DNA of 64,000 nucleotides from a virus (lineage: Duplodnaviria; Heunggongvirae; Uroviricota; Caudoviricetes): IMG/VR virus record IMGVR_UViG_3300011338_000526; one strand, written 5' to 3'. The translations under genes and the position numbers were made by a program. Position 1 is the first letter of the stretch; each line of letters begins with the position of its first letter. Under the pieces are notes generated by a model, which saw nothing but the letters and a program-made list of their open reading frames with translations, did no database searches and was not told the DNA's origin. Shown here one piece after another: positions 36,612-44,416 of this stretch.

Positions 36612-36761
36612 ATGATCGAATTCTTTAAGATGGGATATGATGCGTTCTGGAAGGGCGATAGGTGCCCCGAGGACGCGAGCCCAGAACAGGCTATCGAATG
36701 GAAGCGCGGATGGGATGAGGCTGTCCATTGCGTCATGAAGAAAGAATATGCGTTCGATTAA
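36612..36761 (+). CDS. ribosome modulation factor (RMF)-like 49-aa protein, tentative
   Basis: GYDAFWKGDRCPEDASPEQAIEWKRGWDEA fits the E. coli RMF core GYQAGIAGRSKEMCPYQTLNQRSQWLGGWREA. Confidence 0.4.
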   Translation: MIEFFKMGYDAFWKGDRCPEDASPEQAIEWKRGWDEAVHCVMKKEYAFD

Positions 36762-36766
36762 TCTTT

Positions 36767-37186
36767 TTAAAAACATTTTTTGTTATGATGCCCGAAGAAA
36801 GAGGGCACTGAAGTTTCTTTTCTACAACCCAAACAAGAGATCCTAACATAGTTTGGGTTGTTTCTTTTCCCCAAATTGCTTTTTATCGCTGCTAGTTTTC
36901 CTTTTTCTGATTGCATCTTAGAATCGTACACTCCCGTTTTTCTTTCTTTTTGTTTTCTGTGAGTGTCGCGAGCGTTCTTAGATAACAATCTAGCAAAACC
37001 TTCTTTGTAGGTTATTTGCGAATTTAATAATTGGTAAGACCAAAGATCTTCGATTTTGCCGTGTTTTTTATAGAGCTCTAGATGAGCTTCAGCGTGGTCT
37101 TCGACCGTTAGTTTGATTAAATTATCTTCGTCGTCCGTTCCTCCCATATGTTTTGGGATGATATGGTGGACGTGGTAAATAGTCAT
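36767..37186 (-). CDS. HNH homing endonuclease
   Basis: HHIIPKHMGGTDDEDNLIKLTVEDHAEAH. C-terminal CxxC...HH..C. Confidence 0.65.
   Translation of the reverse strand: MTIYHVHHIIPKHMGGTDDEDNLIKLTVEDHAEAHLELYKKHGKIEDLWSYQLLNSQITYKEGFARLLSKNARDTHRKQKERKTGVYDSKMQSEKGKLAAIKSNLGKRNNPNYVRISCLGCRKETSVPSFFGHHNKKCF
36834..36880 (+). terminator. 11-bp stem-loop plus T-rich tail (terminator of cassette array). Lies inside the HNH ORF 3' end
   Basis: acaacccaaac...gtttgggttgt ttcttttcc. Confidence 0.4.
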
Positions 37187-37268
37187 TGCTGATACCTCCT
37201 GATAGGTGTTAGAGCCTGTGGGAGCGCCAACTCCGCGACAGGCGCTTTCTATTTATAGAAAAAAACGC

Positions 37269-37297
37269 TTGACTTCTTTCCGAAACTCAGTTATAAT
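37269..37297 (+). promoter_or_regulatory. early promoter module
   Basis: cgcTTGACTT-N17-TATAAT. Confidence 0.55.
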
Positions 37298-37329
37298 GAT
37301 TTTATTGAAACGAAGGAGATAAAGTTTAA

Positions 37330-38304
37330 ATGGCTCACAATCTTGAAATGTTGGCTGACGGCACTGCTTCTATGGCGTACGCCTACGAAACTCCTGCAGA
37401 CGTGCCTTGGCATAATTTGGGGAAGCGAGTGGCTCCCGACCTGACTCCCGAGCAGATGCTCGAAGCTGCCGGTCTCAACTGGGAAGTCGAAAAGGTTGAA
37501 GCCTTCGCCAAGGTTGGCGGTAAGAACGTCTCTGTTGATCGTTCCGCTCTGGTTCGTACGAGCGACAACAAGATCCTCGGCGTCGTGTCGAACGACTGGA
37601 ATCCCGTGCAGAACGCGGAAGCCTTCGAGTTCTTCAACGACTTTATCGCTGAGGGCGATATGGAGATGCATACGGCTGGTTCGCTCGGTGACGGTCAGAT
37701 CGTCTGGGCGCTTGCCAAGGTGAAGTCTGGCTTCTCGCTGTTCAATGGCGATGAGGTCGAGTCCTACCTGCACTTCACCAACTTCCACAAGTACGGTTTC
37801 TCGACCGACGTTCGGTTCACTCCGATCCGCGTGGTCTGCAATAACACACTGACGCTGTCGCTCAACACCAAGGTTGAGAAGATGGCTAAGATCAGCCACC
37901 GTCGTGTGTTCAATGGCGACAGCGTCAAGCTTATGCTCGGTGTGGCTGAAGAGAAGCTTCAGAAGTATAAGGAGATGGCTCAGTTCCTCGGCTCTAAGCG
38001 TGCCTCGAACGAGAACATTGTGGACTACTTCAAGCGCGTGTTCCCGGTATCGGGCAGCAACGAGAAGTCGAAGAAGGAGATGTCGAAGAATGCTGGCATC
38101 GCACTCGGTATCCTTGAGACCCAGCCTGGCGCTGAGTTCGCTCGTGGCACCTGGTGGCAGGCGTTCAACTCGGTCACCTACCTGACCGATCACCTTGCCG
38201 GTCGCACGACTGACACTCGTCTGACCTCGGCTTGGTATGGTTACCATAAGAACCTTAAGACGAAGGCTCTTGAGACTGCAATCGAGATGGCGGAGGCTTC
38301 GTGA
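37330..38304 (+). CDS. DUF932-family protein
   Basis: N-terminus MAHNLEMLADGTASMAYAYETPADVPWHNLG is typical of DUF932. Confidence 0.6.
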   Translation: MAHNLEMLADGTASMAYAYETPADVPWHNLGKRVAPDLTPEQMLEAAGLNWEVEKVEAFAKVGGKNVSVDRSALVRTSDNKILGVVSNDWNPVQNAEAFEFFNDFIAEGDMEMHTAGSLGDGQIVWALAKVKSGFSLFNGDEVESYLHFTNFHKYGFSTDVRFTPIRVVCNNTLTLSLNTKVEKMAKISHRRVFNGDSVKLMLGVAEEKLQKYKEMAQFLGSKRASNENIVDYFKRVFPVSGSNEKSKKEMSKNAGIALGILETQPGAEFARGTWWQAFNSVTYLTDHLAGRTTDTRLTSAWYGYHKNLKTKALETAIEMAEAS

Positions 38305-38410
38305 GCCAGTCATTCACCAGCTGGTGGGTCGACAACTATATCGGGTGGGGGGAATTTCGTTCCCCGCCCACCGGACCTATGCCGGTGCCTACGCCGGACA
38401 ATAAAAGTCC

Positions 38411-38439
38411 TTGACTTATCGTCTCAGATAGGTTATTAT
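38411..38439 (+). promoter_or_regulatory. early promoter module
   Basis: agtccTTGACTT-N17-TATTAT. Confidence 0.5.
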
Positions 38440-38463
38440 AAATCTATAAGATGAAGGAGTGAT

Positions 38464-39612
38464 ATGATGGCTGGTCGTCGTAACCTTAACGCGCTGAAGA
38501 AGACCAAGAAGGTGGTTGCTGGCAAGTCGGTCCAGTACATTACCGACATCCGTCATATGGGCGAAGAGCCCGAGCTGAATGGCAAGATCATCAATGATAA
38601 GCTCCTCAGCCGCACCTTCAACTGGTATAACTACATGTGCTCGCGGGTTCATGCTCGCGAGTATCTTGAGACCTATCTGCAGGCTAACAAGCGCAATGAC
38701 GACCTGAAGTTGCTCAAGAAGGTTCCCGACGTCTGGATCAACCTGCAGGCTGGTTGGTTGGCTCGCATCGTCAATCGTGGCGGTATCCTTAGCGACAACT
38801 ACGTTGAGCGTCTTGAGCTGCGTCTTACTGAGACTCTCGAGAAGGCTAACATCAAGTCAGAAGAATCGGCTACCGAAGAAAAGAAGCCTACGGCAGCTGT
38901 CATTTCGATTCAGGATCGGGTGAAGGACAAAGTTTCAAACTTCATCTCCGAATTTGAGAAGGCTATCGACGAACAGGGTTGGACCCTGTCCATGTATGAT
39001 TGGTTGCAGAACAAGGAGATCCCTACAAGCCTTGCCAATAAGATCGCGGAGTTCTATAAGCCTATCGCCGAAGAGGCTACTCGGCTTATCGGTAAGCGTT
39101 GCGATCCTTCGCTGAAGGAAGGCTATTCGAAGTATACGGCTGAACAGCTCAAGCAGCGCACTGCATTTTATGAAAGCATACTGTCCGATTGCGCTCGCCA
39201 CGCTGGCAACGTCAAGAAGCAGCGCGCTGTGCGTAAGAAGAAGGTCGTGACTGTAGACAAGAAGCTGAAGAATTTTAAGTTTCAGAAGGAGTGCGCTGAG
39301 TTCAAGGTCGTGTCGATCAATCCGGAAAAGATCGTCGGCGCGCAGGAACTGATCACGTTCAACACCAAGTATAAGACCCTGACTCAATTCTTCGTGGGTC
39401 TCGATAATGTAGGTTTGGACGTGAAGGGCACGACCATTCTGAATTACGACGAAGAGAAGAGCAAGACCTATCGTATCGGACGCAAGACCGAGGAGCACCT
39501 TGAGACTGCTTTGCGCGGCGGTAAGCGAGCCTTCGCTAAGATGCTGGGAGCGTTGAAGACCTGCACGCTTCAACATAGGATTAACGACAACACCATTCTA
39601 CTGAAGGTATAA
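38464..39612 (+). CDS. hypothetical protein
   Basis: 382 aa. GAAGGAG RBS. Confidence 0.5.
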   Translation: MMAGRRNLNALKKTKKVVAGKSVQYITDIRHMGEEPELNGKIINDKLLSRTFNWYNYMCSRVHAREYLETYLQANKRNDDLKLLKKVPDVWINLQAGWLARIVNRGGILSDNYVERLELRLTETLEKANIKSEESATEEKKPTAAVISIQDRVKDKVSNFISEFEKAIDEQGWTLSMYDWLQNKEIPTSLANKIAEFYKPIAEEATRLIGKRCDPSLKEGYSKYTAEQLKQRTAFYESILSDCARHAGNVKKQRAVRKKKVVTVDKKLKNFKFQKECAEFKVVSINPEKIVGAQELITFNTKYKTLTQFFVGLDNVGLDVKGTTILNYDEEKSKTYRIGRKTEEHLETALRGGKRAFAKMLGALKTCTLQHRINDNTILLKV

Positions 39613-39619
39613 ATAAATC

Positions 39620-39874
39620 ATGAGTGAATACACAACCATCGACAAGCGACGAGTTCAAATCCCTGAGCGTAGGAAGAATAAGAACGGCGACGATATGGGT
39701 CTCGAGCCTTCTTACGGTTACTACCAAGAGCTTGTGACCCCGTGGGGTGCTGTTGAGCGATGCTACGTCGTTACTGTTCCCGGTCTCTCGGGCGAGAAGC
39801 AGAAGTACGCTAGTGTGTATAAGCCAGTCACCAATCCAAACGTGCAGTGGTCTGTGTTTGAAGTTTTCGCTTGA
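39620..39874 (+). CDS. hypothetical protein
   Basis: 84-aa ORF. 3' end overlaps -35 of tRNA promoter. Confidence 0.4.
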   Translation: MSEYTTIDKRRVQIPERRKNKNGDDMGLEPSYGYYQELVTPWGAVERCYVVTVPGLSGEKQKYASVYKPVTNPNVQWSVFEVFA

Positions 39875-39898
39875 CTTAAGTCGGAGCTGATATATAAT
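39871..39898 (+). promoter_or_regulatory. early promoter module driving tRNA-Arg
   Basis: cgcTTGACTT-N16-TATAAT, ending 8 nt before the tRNA 5' end. Confidence 0.55.
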
Positions 39899-39905
39899 AG
39901 TGTTA

Positions 39906-39982
39906 TGGTCCCGTAGCTCAGCTGGACAGAGCAACAGACTTCTAATCTGTGGGTCGCACGTTCGAGTCGTGCCGGGATCTCC
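39906..39982 (+). tRNA. tRNA-Arg (anticodon UCU), 3' CCA encoded
   Basis: Cloverleaf by hand: acceptor GGTCCCG/CGGGATC, anticodon arm ACAGA-CTTCTAA-TCTGT, T-arm GGTTCGAGTCC-like, discriminator T then CCA. Confidence 0.8.
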
Positions 39983-40006
39983 AATATCAAATCATAGGAA
40001 CATGTC

Positions 40007-40297
40007 GTGAGCCTTATCATATCAACCATTGTTTGTATTGTGTTGTTGATCATCGCTAAGGAAGTGGCTGTTAGTCTAGTCGCTGCAATGATTATCAAGT
40101 GCGACAATTTCTATGATTTCATCGATCGTCTGCTTGAGATGGTCTACGCGAAGTTGACGGTTGTGTTATTGGCTTGGTTCGTTTTTGGGGAAGCATCGTT
40201 ATATGTTTCCTTTTTCGCGCTAGCAATGTTCGTCACGCTCCATCGTATCGACCTCGAAGACATCGAAGAGAGGTTTGACGAGCTGAAGAATCTATAA
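40007..40297 (+). CDS. small membrane protein (GTG start)
   Basis: 3 hydrophobic segments. AGGAA 8 nt upstream of GTG. Confidence 0.4.
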   Translation: MSLIISTIVCIVLLIIAKEVAVSLVAAMIIKCDNFYDFIDRLLEMVYAKLTVVLLAWFVFGEASLYVSFFALAMFVTLHRIDLEDIEERFDELKNL

Positions 40298-40300
40298 CTT

Positions 40301-40373
40301 GCGCCTGTAGCTCAACGGTCAGAGCGGATTGCTCATAACAATTTGGTTGCGGGTTCAAGTCCTGCCAGGCGCA
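40301..40373 (+). tRNA. tRNA-Met/Ile2-type (anticodon CAU), no encoded CCA
   Basis: Acceptor GCGCCTG/CAGGCGC. Anticodon loop CTCATAA. T-arm GGTTCAAGTCC. Confidence 0.75.
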
Positions 40374-40392
40374 CTAATTGAAGGAAGTAACA

Positions 40393-40572
40393 ATGAACAT
40401 TTTAGTGACCTTAGTGATTGCATTCATGATGAATGGATCTCCTCAGACTGCCTATTTCGATGCAGCTTCGGTCGAATCATGCTTGCAAGATATGGAAATT
40501 GCTACAGTTGCTGTCCGAAATCAGGGCGGCGAGGTGGTTGGTGCGATCTGTGTGGTTCGCCCCGAGCGATGA
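40393..40572 (+). CDS. small protein with hydrophobic N-terminus
   Basis: AAGGAAG RBS. 59 aa. Confidence 0.35.
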   Translation: MNILVTLVIAFMMNGSPQTAYFDAASVESCLQDMEIATVAVRNQGGEVVGAICVVRPER

Positions 40573-40754
40573 GTGTTGTTGTTCCAACTTGCGAGAATTG
40601 CAAGCACTCGGTTCCTGCAGTCGCTCAGAGGATTGAATGTCGCCGCTTTCCTCCGGCAACCAATCCCAACTTTAGCGCACCAGGATCATTTCCTCTTGTA
40701 TATGGCTCGTGGTGGTGCGGCGAGTATCAACAGAAGAAGGATGGTGAGTGGTAA
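40569..40754 (+). CDS. small zinc-ribbon-like protein
   Basis: ATGA overlap. CENCKH...CRRF. Confidence 0.35.
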   Translation: MSVVVPTCENCKHSVPAVAQRIECRRFPPATNPNFSAPGSFPLVYGSWWCGEYQQKKDGEW

Positions 40755-41023
40755 TGCCAAAGTATGTCATTGAGGCTCTTAGCCAATATCGGATGGTGTA
40801 TGTGGTGGAGGCTGAATGTGTTGAACACGCCGAAGATTCCGTTCACATGGGCGATGCTACAGAGTTCGGTCAAATGCACTTGGGCGAAATGATTGTATCG
40901 TCTCGCACAATTGACGATGCAGAGTGTTTGCGTCTATCCGCCGAGCTGAATAGCTATCTCGGAGATTGGACAGAAGAGCAACTGCTCGCGCGAGTTTACA
41001 AGGTGAACAAGAATGAAGGTTAA
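40754..41023 (+). CDS. hypothetical protein
   Basis: TAATG overlap start. Confidence 0.4.
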   Translation: MPKYVIEALSQYRMVYVVEAECVEHAEDSVHMGDATEFGQMHLGEMIVSSRTIDDAECLRLSAELNSYLGDWTEEQLLARVYKVNKNEG

Positions 41024-41615
41024 CTTAGGTCCGTATAGGGACTGGATCGGTCCCTATCAAATCTCCAGGAAGTTTGAGTGGCTGCTTGGTGAAGATCGAG
41101 CAGACAAGCTTGGCGACTGGATTGCCAGCACAAAGATCAATGACTTTTGCGCATGGCTCGATAAAAAGAAGAAGCGCAGGTTGAATGTCCGTATCGATAA
41201 TTACGATACTTGGAGCGCCGACCATACGCTTGCGTTGATCATACATCCTCTTCTCGTCGCGATGAAGGACAACAAGTATGGTTCCCCATTCATCGATGAT
41301 GAGGATGTCCCTGAGCACATTCGTTCAACAGCTGCGAAGCCCATCGGCAATGATTATGATGTGGATGAATTTCATCATGATCGTTGGGAATGGGCGCTGA
41401 ATGAGATGATCTGGACCTTCGAACAGTATACAAACGAACATCGCTACGATCAGTTTGATTCTGGCGAGGTTGATATGTCTTTTGATTCGGGCAATCTCGC
41501 ATACGGTCCGAACCATACGCACAAAACGAACGTTCTGGCTAAGACAGCATACCAATTGCGACTAAAGAATGGTCGTATGCTGTTCGCAAAATATTATGAA
41601 AGTCTTTGGAGCTGA
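41013..41615 (+). CDS. hypothetical protein
   Basis: 200-aa ORF. Confidence 0.45.
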   Translation: MKVNLGPYRDWIGPYQISRKFEWLLGEDRADKLGDWIASTKINDFCAWLDKKKKRRLNVRIDNYDTWSADHTLALIIHPLLVAMKDNKYGSPFIDDEDVPEHIRSTAAKPIGNDYDVDEFHHDRWEWALNEMIWTFEQYTNEHRYDQFDSGEVDMSFDSGNLAYGPNHTHKTNVLAKTAYQLRLKNGRMLFAKYYESLWS

Positions 41616-41620
41616 TTTGA

Positions 41621-41878
41621 ATGAACATTGATACCGCTATCGACAACATTACCACTATGCCGGCAAAGTTCCTTTCGTTCTCGGCTGACATTCGTACGCT
41701 CTGCTCTGAGAAGCATATGGAATATATCGAAGCTGTCGTTCATTGGTGTGATATCAACAACGTCGAAGTTGAGTTAGCTGCTCTATTGGTAGAAAAGGAT
41801 CCTTTGATGAAGTCCATGATTCAGACGGAGGCTGAGGATCTTCACATTCTAAAGAAGACCGCAAAGCTGCCGGTATAA
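41621..41878 (+). CDS. hypothetical protein
   Basis: 85-aa ORF. Confidence 0.4.
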   Translation: MNIDTAIDNITTMPAKFLSFSADIRTLCSEKHMEYIEAVVHWCDINNVEVELAALLVEKDPLMKSMIQTEAEDLHILKKTAKLPV

Positions 41879-41881
41879 CGT

Positions 41882-42466
41882 ATGACTCCGTTTGAAGTGT
41901 ATCGAGACTACCTGGCGCTTCGAAATCATTTCAACTCTAGCTCATACGATTACTTTAAATACAACGGGAAGAGCGGCGCCAAGGGCGATTCGTTTGATAA
42001 GAGGAAGGACAAGTTCTTCTTCGAGAAGATGGCGAAGCATCGAGACCCTCACGGTTTCATGCTTGCCAACTTCGTTCATGATCCAAAAACATGGATCAGA
42101 GACATGGCATACTCCGATTCAGCTGAGAGAGTCTACCTGGACTGGTTAAAACGAAAAGATAGTTTGACTTACGTCTTGACGAACGATCTAAGCAAACTAG
42201 AGTTTCCTTTCGACGGCAATTTCGTGGTGAAAGACGGGCAACATAGCTATGTTTTGGTTTTATTGCTGGGCGGCGAGATCAGCCTTGAATCCGTTTGCAT
42301 TTTGGCGGATCTAGTTGGATGTTTTAATTATTGGGACAAACGCCTGAAGGACGACGTTGTCTGGCAGGAGGTTGGTCAAAGGATTAGGAAGTACACGCCA
42401 TTTATCCGGTACGATCGAGACAAAGTGAAAAAAATAATAGTGTCTACTGTAGGAGATAATGAATGA
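41882..42466 (+). CDS. hypothetical protein
   Basis: 194-aa ORF. Confidence 0.45.
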   Translation: MTPFEVYRDYLALRNHFNSSSYDYFKYNGKSGAKGDSFDKRKDKFFFEKMAKHRDPHGFMLANFVHDPKTWIRDMAYSDSAERVYLDWLKRKDSLTYVLTNDLSKLEFPFDGNFVVKDGQHSYVLVLLLGGEISLESVCILADLVGCFNYWDKRLKDDVVWQEVGQRIRKYTPFIRYDRDKVKKIIVSTVGDNE

Positions 42467-43173
42467 ATTTAAACCCTATGCTACAGCAATGCGGCTTGCT
42501 AAAACATCAGGTTGGTAATATCGAACAATGGGTCTGGCCAAAATCAGATAACATCACGTTCGACATCATACTCCAAGACTGGATTCATACGATCAGACCG
42601 TATCTAGAATCAACGTTTGGGTCGACGGCGAGGAGCGGTACAGTCATACAAGCTGGTGGCAATTGCGGGGTTTATCCTCTTCTCTACACCGAGTTCTTCA
42701 AAAATGTCATCACCTTCGAGCCAGATCCTCTAAGTTTCTTTTGTCTGGTGAATAATTGTCAGATACCGGGCGTTGTTAAGATTAATGCCGCATTGTCCGA
42801 CAAGGGCGAGAACATCGTTATGCGAGAAGTCGCTGCTGGCAATCGAGGGATGAACAAAGTGAATTCGGTTGACGATGAATCTTCGCAGACAGAACTTGAA
42901 GTCATCCCAGCGATTGCGCTGGATAGCATGAAGTACATCGCCCTCAAATTGATTCAACTCGATTTAGAGGGGTATGAAATTAAAGCTATCGACGGGGCTA
43001 TCAACACGATTCAAGAACACAAGCCCATAATCATTTTGGAGTGCGGCAACGATAAGGATGCGGAAAACATTTCGTACCATAACCAGGTCGTGGATAAGAT
43101 GGCAACTATAGGTTATAAGAAGATCAAGCAACTAAATCGTCTAGATGTAATCTTCACGCCAATCAGTGCTTGA
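42463..43173 (+). CDS. FkbM-family SAM-dependent methyltransferase
   Basis: VIQAGGNCGVYPL...FEPDP...LDLEGYE pattern typical of FkbM methyltransferases. Confidence 0.55.
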   Translation: MNLNPMLQQCGLLKHQVGNIEQWVWPKSDNITFDIILQDWIHTIRPYLESTFGSTARSGTVIQAGGNCGVYPLLYTEFFKNVITFEPDPLSFFCLVNNCQIPGVVKINAALSDKGENIVMREVAAGNRGMNKVNSVDDESSQTELEVIPAIALDSMKYIALKLIQLDLEGYEIKAIDGAINTIQEHKPIIILECGNDKDAENISYHNQVVDKMATIGYKKIKQLNRLDVIFTPISA

Positions 43174-43198
43174 CTTTTCGGCGATACTAGCGTAGTAT
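43170..43198 (+). promoter_or_regulatory. early promoter module (weaker -10)
   Basis: tgcTTGACTT-N17-TAGTAT. Confidence 0.35.
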
Positions 43199-43269
43199 AA
43201 GTAATGTTGGAGGTAAACTCCAATGCACATACAAATCATACAAACATACAATTATACGGAGAATACAAA

Positions 43270-44193
43270 ATGGTAGATTTTTCTAAGCTCAAGTCTCAGT
43301 CTGGTAAGGCTTCTTTGGAGAAGCTGACCAGCGAACTCGCAAAGCTCAATCAGTCGGCTGATGGCGGTAAGGATAATCGCTTCTGGTATCCCAACGTCGA
43401 CAAGGCGGGTAATGGCTTTGCTGTTATTCGTTTCCTCCCAGCTCCTGGCGATGAGGAAGTTCCGTTCATTCGGATGTTCGAGCACGGGTTCAAGGGTCCG
43501 ACCGGATCCTGGTACATCGAAAACTCTCTGACCACTATCGGTAAGACCGATCCCGTGTCGGAGATGAACAGCCAGCTTTGGAATATGTCCAGCGACGATG
43601 AGTCGCCGACACGTAAGCAGGCTCGTGCACAGAAGCGTAAGCTGAATTACATCTGCAACATCTACGTTATTCAGGATCAGGCTAACCCTGAGAACAATGG
43701 TAAGGTGTTTCTGTTCAAGTTCGGCAAGAAGCTCTATGACAAGCTGAATGATGCTATGCATCCTCAGTTCCCGGGCGACGTTCCGATGAATCCGTTCGAT
43801 ATGTGGGCTGGCGCCGACTTCAAGCTGAAGATTCGTAACGTTGATGGTTATCGTAACTATGATAAGTCTGAGTTCTCTTCTCCCGCTCCTATGTTCGATG
43901 GCGACGACGATCGTCTCGAGTCTATCTGGAAGCTGGAGCATTCGCTTCAAGACTTCCTTGCTCCGAGCAACTTCAAGACCTACGAAGAGCTCAAGGCGAA
44001 GCTGAACAAGGTTCTTGGTCTGAATCAGAATGGCACTATGGCTCCGGCAGCTGCTCGCCAGGCTGCTGCTCAAAAGAGCCAGGACGAGGATGATCTGCCT
44101 TGGACGCCTCCTAAGACGGAACGTTCTGCGGCTGCTCCTTCTGCTGACGAAGACGACGAGGATATGGCGTTCTTCAAGAAGCTGGCTAGCTAA
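43270..44193 (+). CDS. ssDNA-binding protein, T4 gp32-like
   Basis: AGNGFAVIRFLPAP, HGFKGP and PENNGKVFLFKFGKKLYDK match T4 gp32 (AGNGQAVIRFLPSK, HGFKK, PENEGKVFKYRFGKKIWDK). Acidic C-terminus. Confidence 0.8.
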   Translation: MVDFSKLKSQSGKASLEKLTSELAKLNQSADGGKDNRFWYPNVDKAGNGFAVIRFLPAPGDEEVPFIRMFEHGFKGPTGSWYIENSLTTIGKTDPVSEMNSQLWNMSSDDESPTRKQARAQKRKLNYICNIYVIQDQANPENNGKVFLFKFGKKLYDKLNDAMHPQFPGDVPMNPFDMWAGADFKLKIRNVDGYRNYDKSEFSSPAPMFDGDDDRLESIWKLEHSLQDFLAPSNFKTYEELKAKLNKVLGLNQNGTMAPAAARQAAAQKSQDEDDLPWTPPKTERSAAAPSADEDDEDMAFFKKLAS

Positions 44194-44195
44194 CG

Positions 44196-44384
44196 ATGGG
44201 GATCTACTACGAGTACGCGATCGTTCATGGTCGCGTACTGGTTTGGTGGCATGACATGATCCGTGGCTTGCCACACTCAAAGTGGATCGAAGGCGAAGAA
44301 GCAGAATGGTTTTTGGAGCGTTACAATAAGAGAGATTTCGAACACCAGTCTGATCTAGCCCGATTGGTTAAGATCAAGGACTAA
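44196..44384 (+). CDS. small hypothetical protein
   Basis: 62-aa ORF. Confidence 0.4.
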   Translation: MGIYYEYAIVHGRVLVWWHDMIRGLPHSKWIEGEEAEWFLERYNKRDFEHQSDLARLVKIKD

Positions 44385-44385
44385 A

Positions 44386-44416
44386 GGAAAAGGGAGCTTC
44401 GGCTCCCTTTTTTTTA
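44386..44416. terminator. bidirectional rho-independent terminator
   Basis: aagggagc-ttcg-gctccctt, then T8. Sits between convergent genes. Confidence 0.7.

Noticed and set aside
37291-38313. 340-codon ORF on the reverse strand fully antisense to the DUF932 gene
   Set aside because: The forward-strand gene has the consensus promoter, a strong SD and a family-typical N-terminus. The antisense frame is open only because of the codon bias of a GC-rich coding region.
39608-39615. TATAAATA overlapping the stop of gene 38464..39612, 4 nt before ATG 39620
   Set aside because: Too close to the start codon to leave room for an SD. Likely coincidental with the GGTATAAATAAATC stop/SD context. Kept only as a low-probability late promoter.
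40329-40754. 141-aa ORF overlapping tRNA-Met
   Set aside because: Starts inside the tRNA. The region is better explained by tRNA-Met plus two short SD-preceded ORFs (40393..40572 and 40569..40754).
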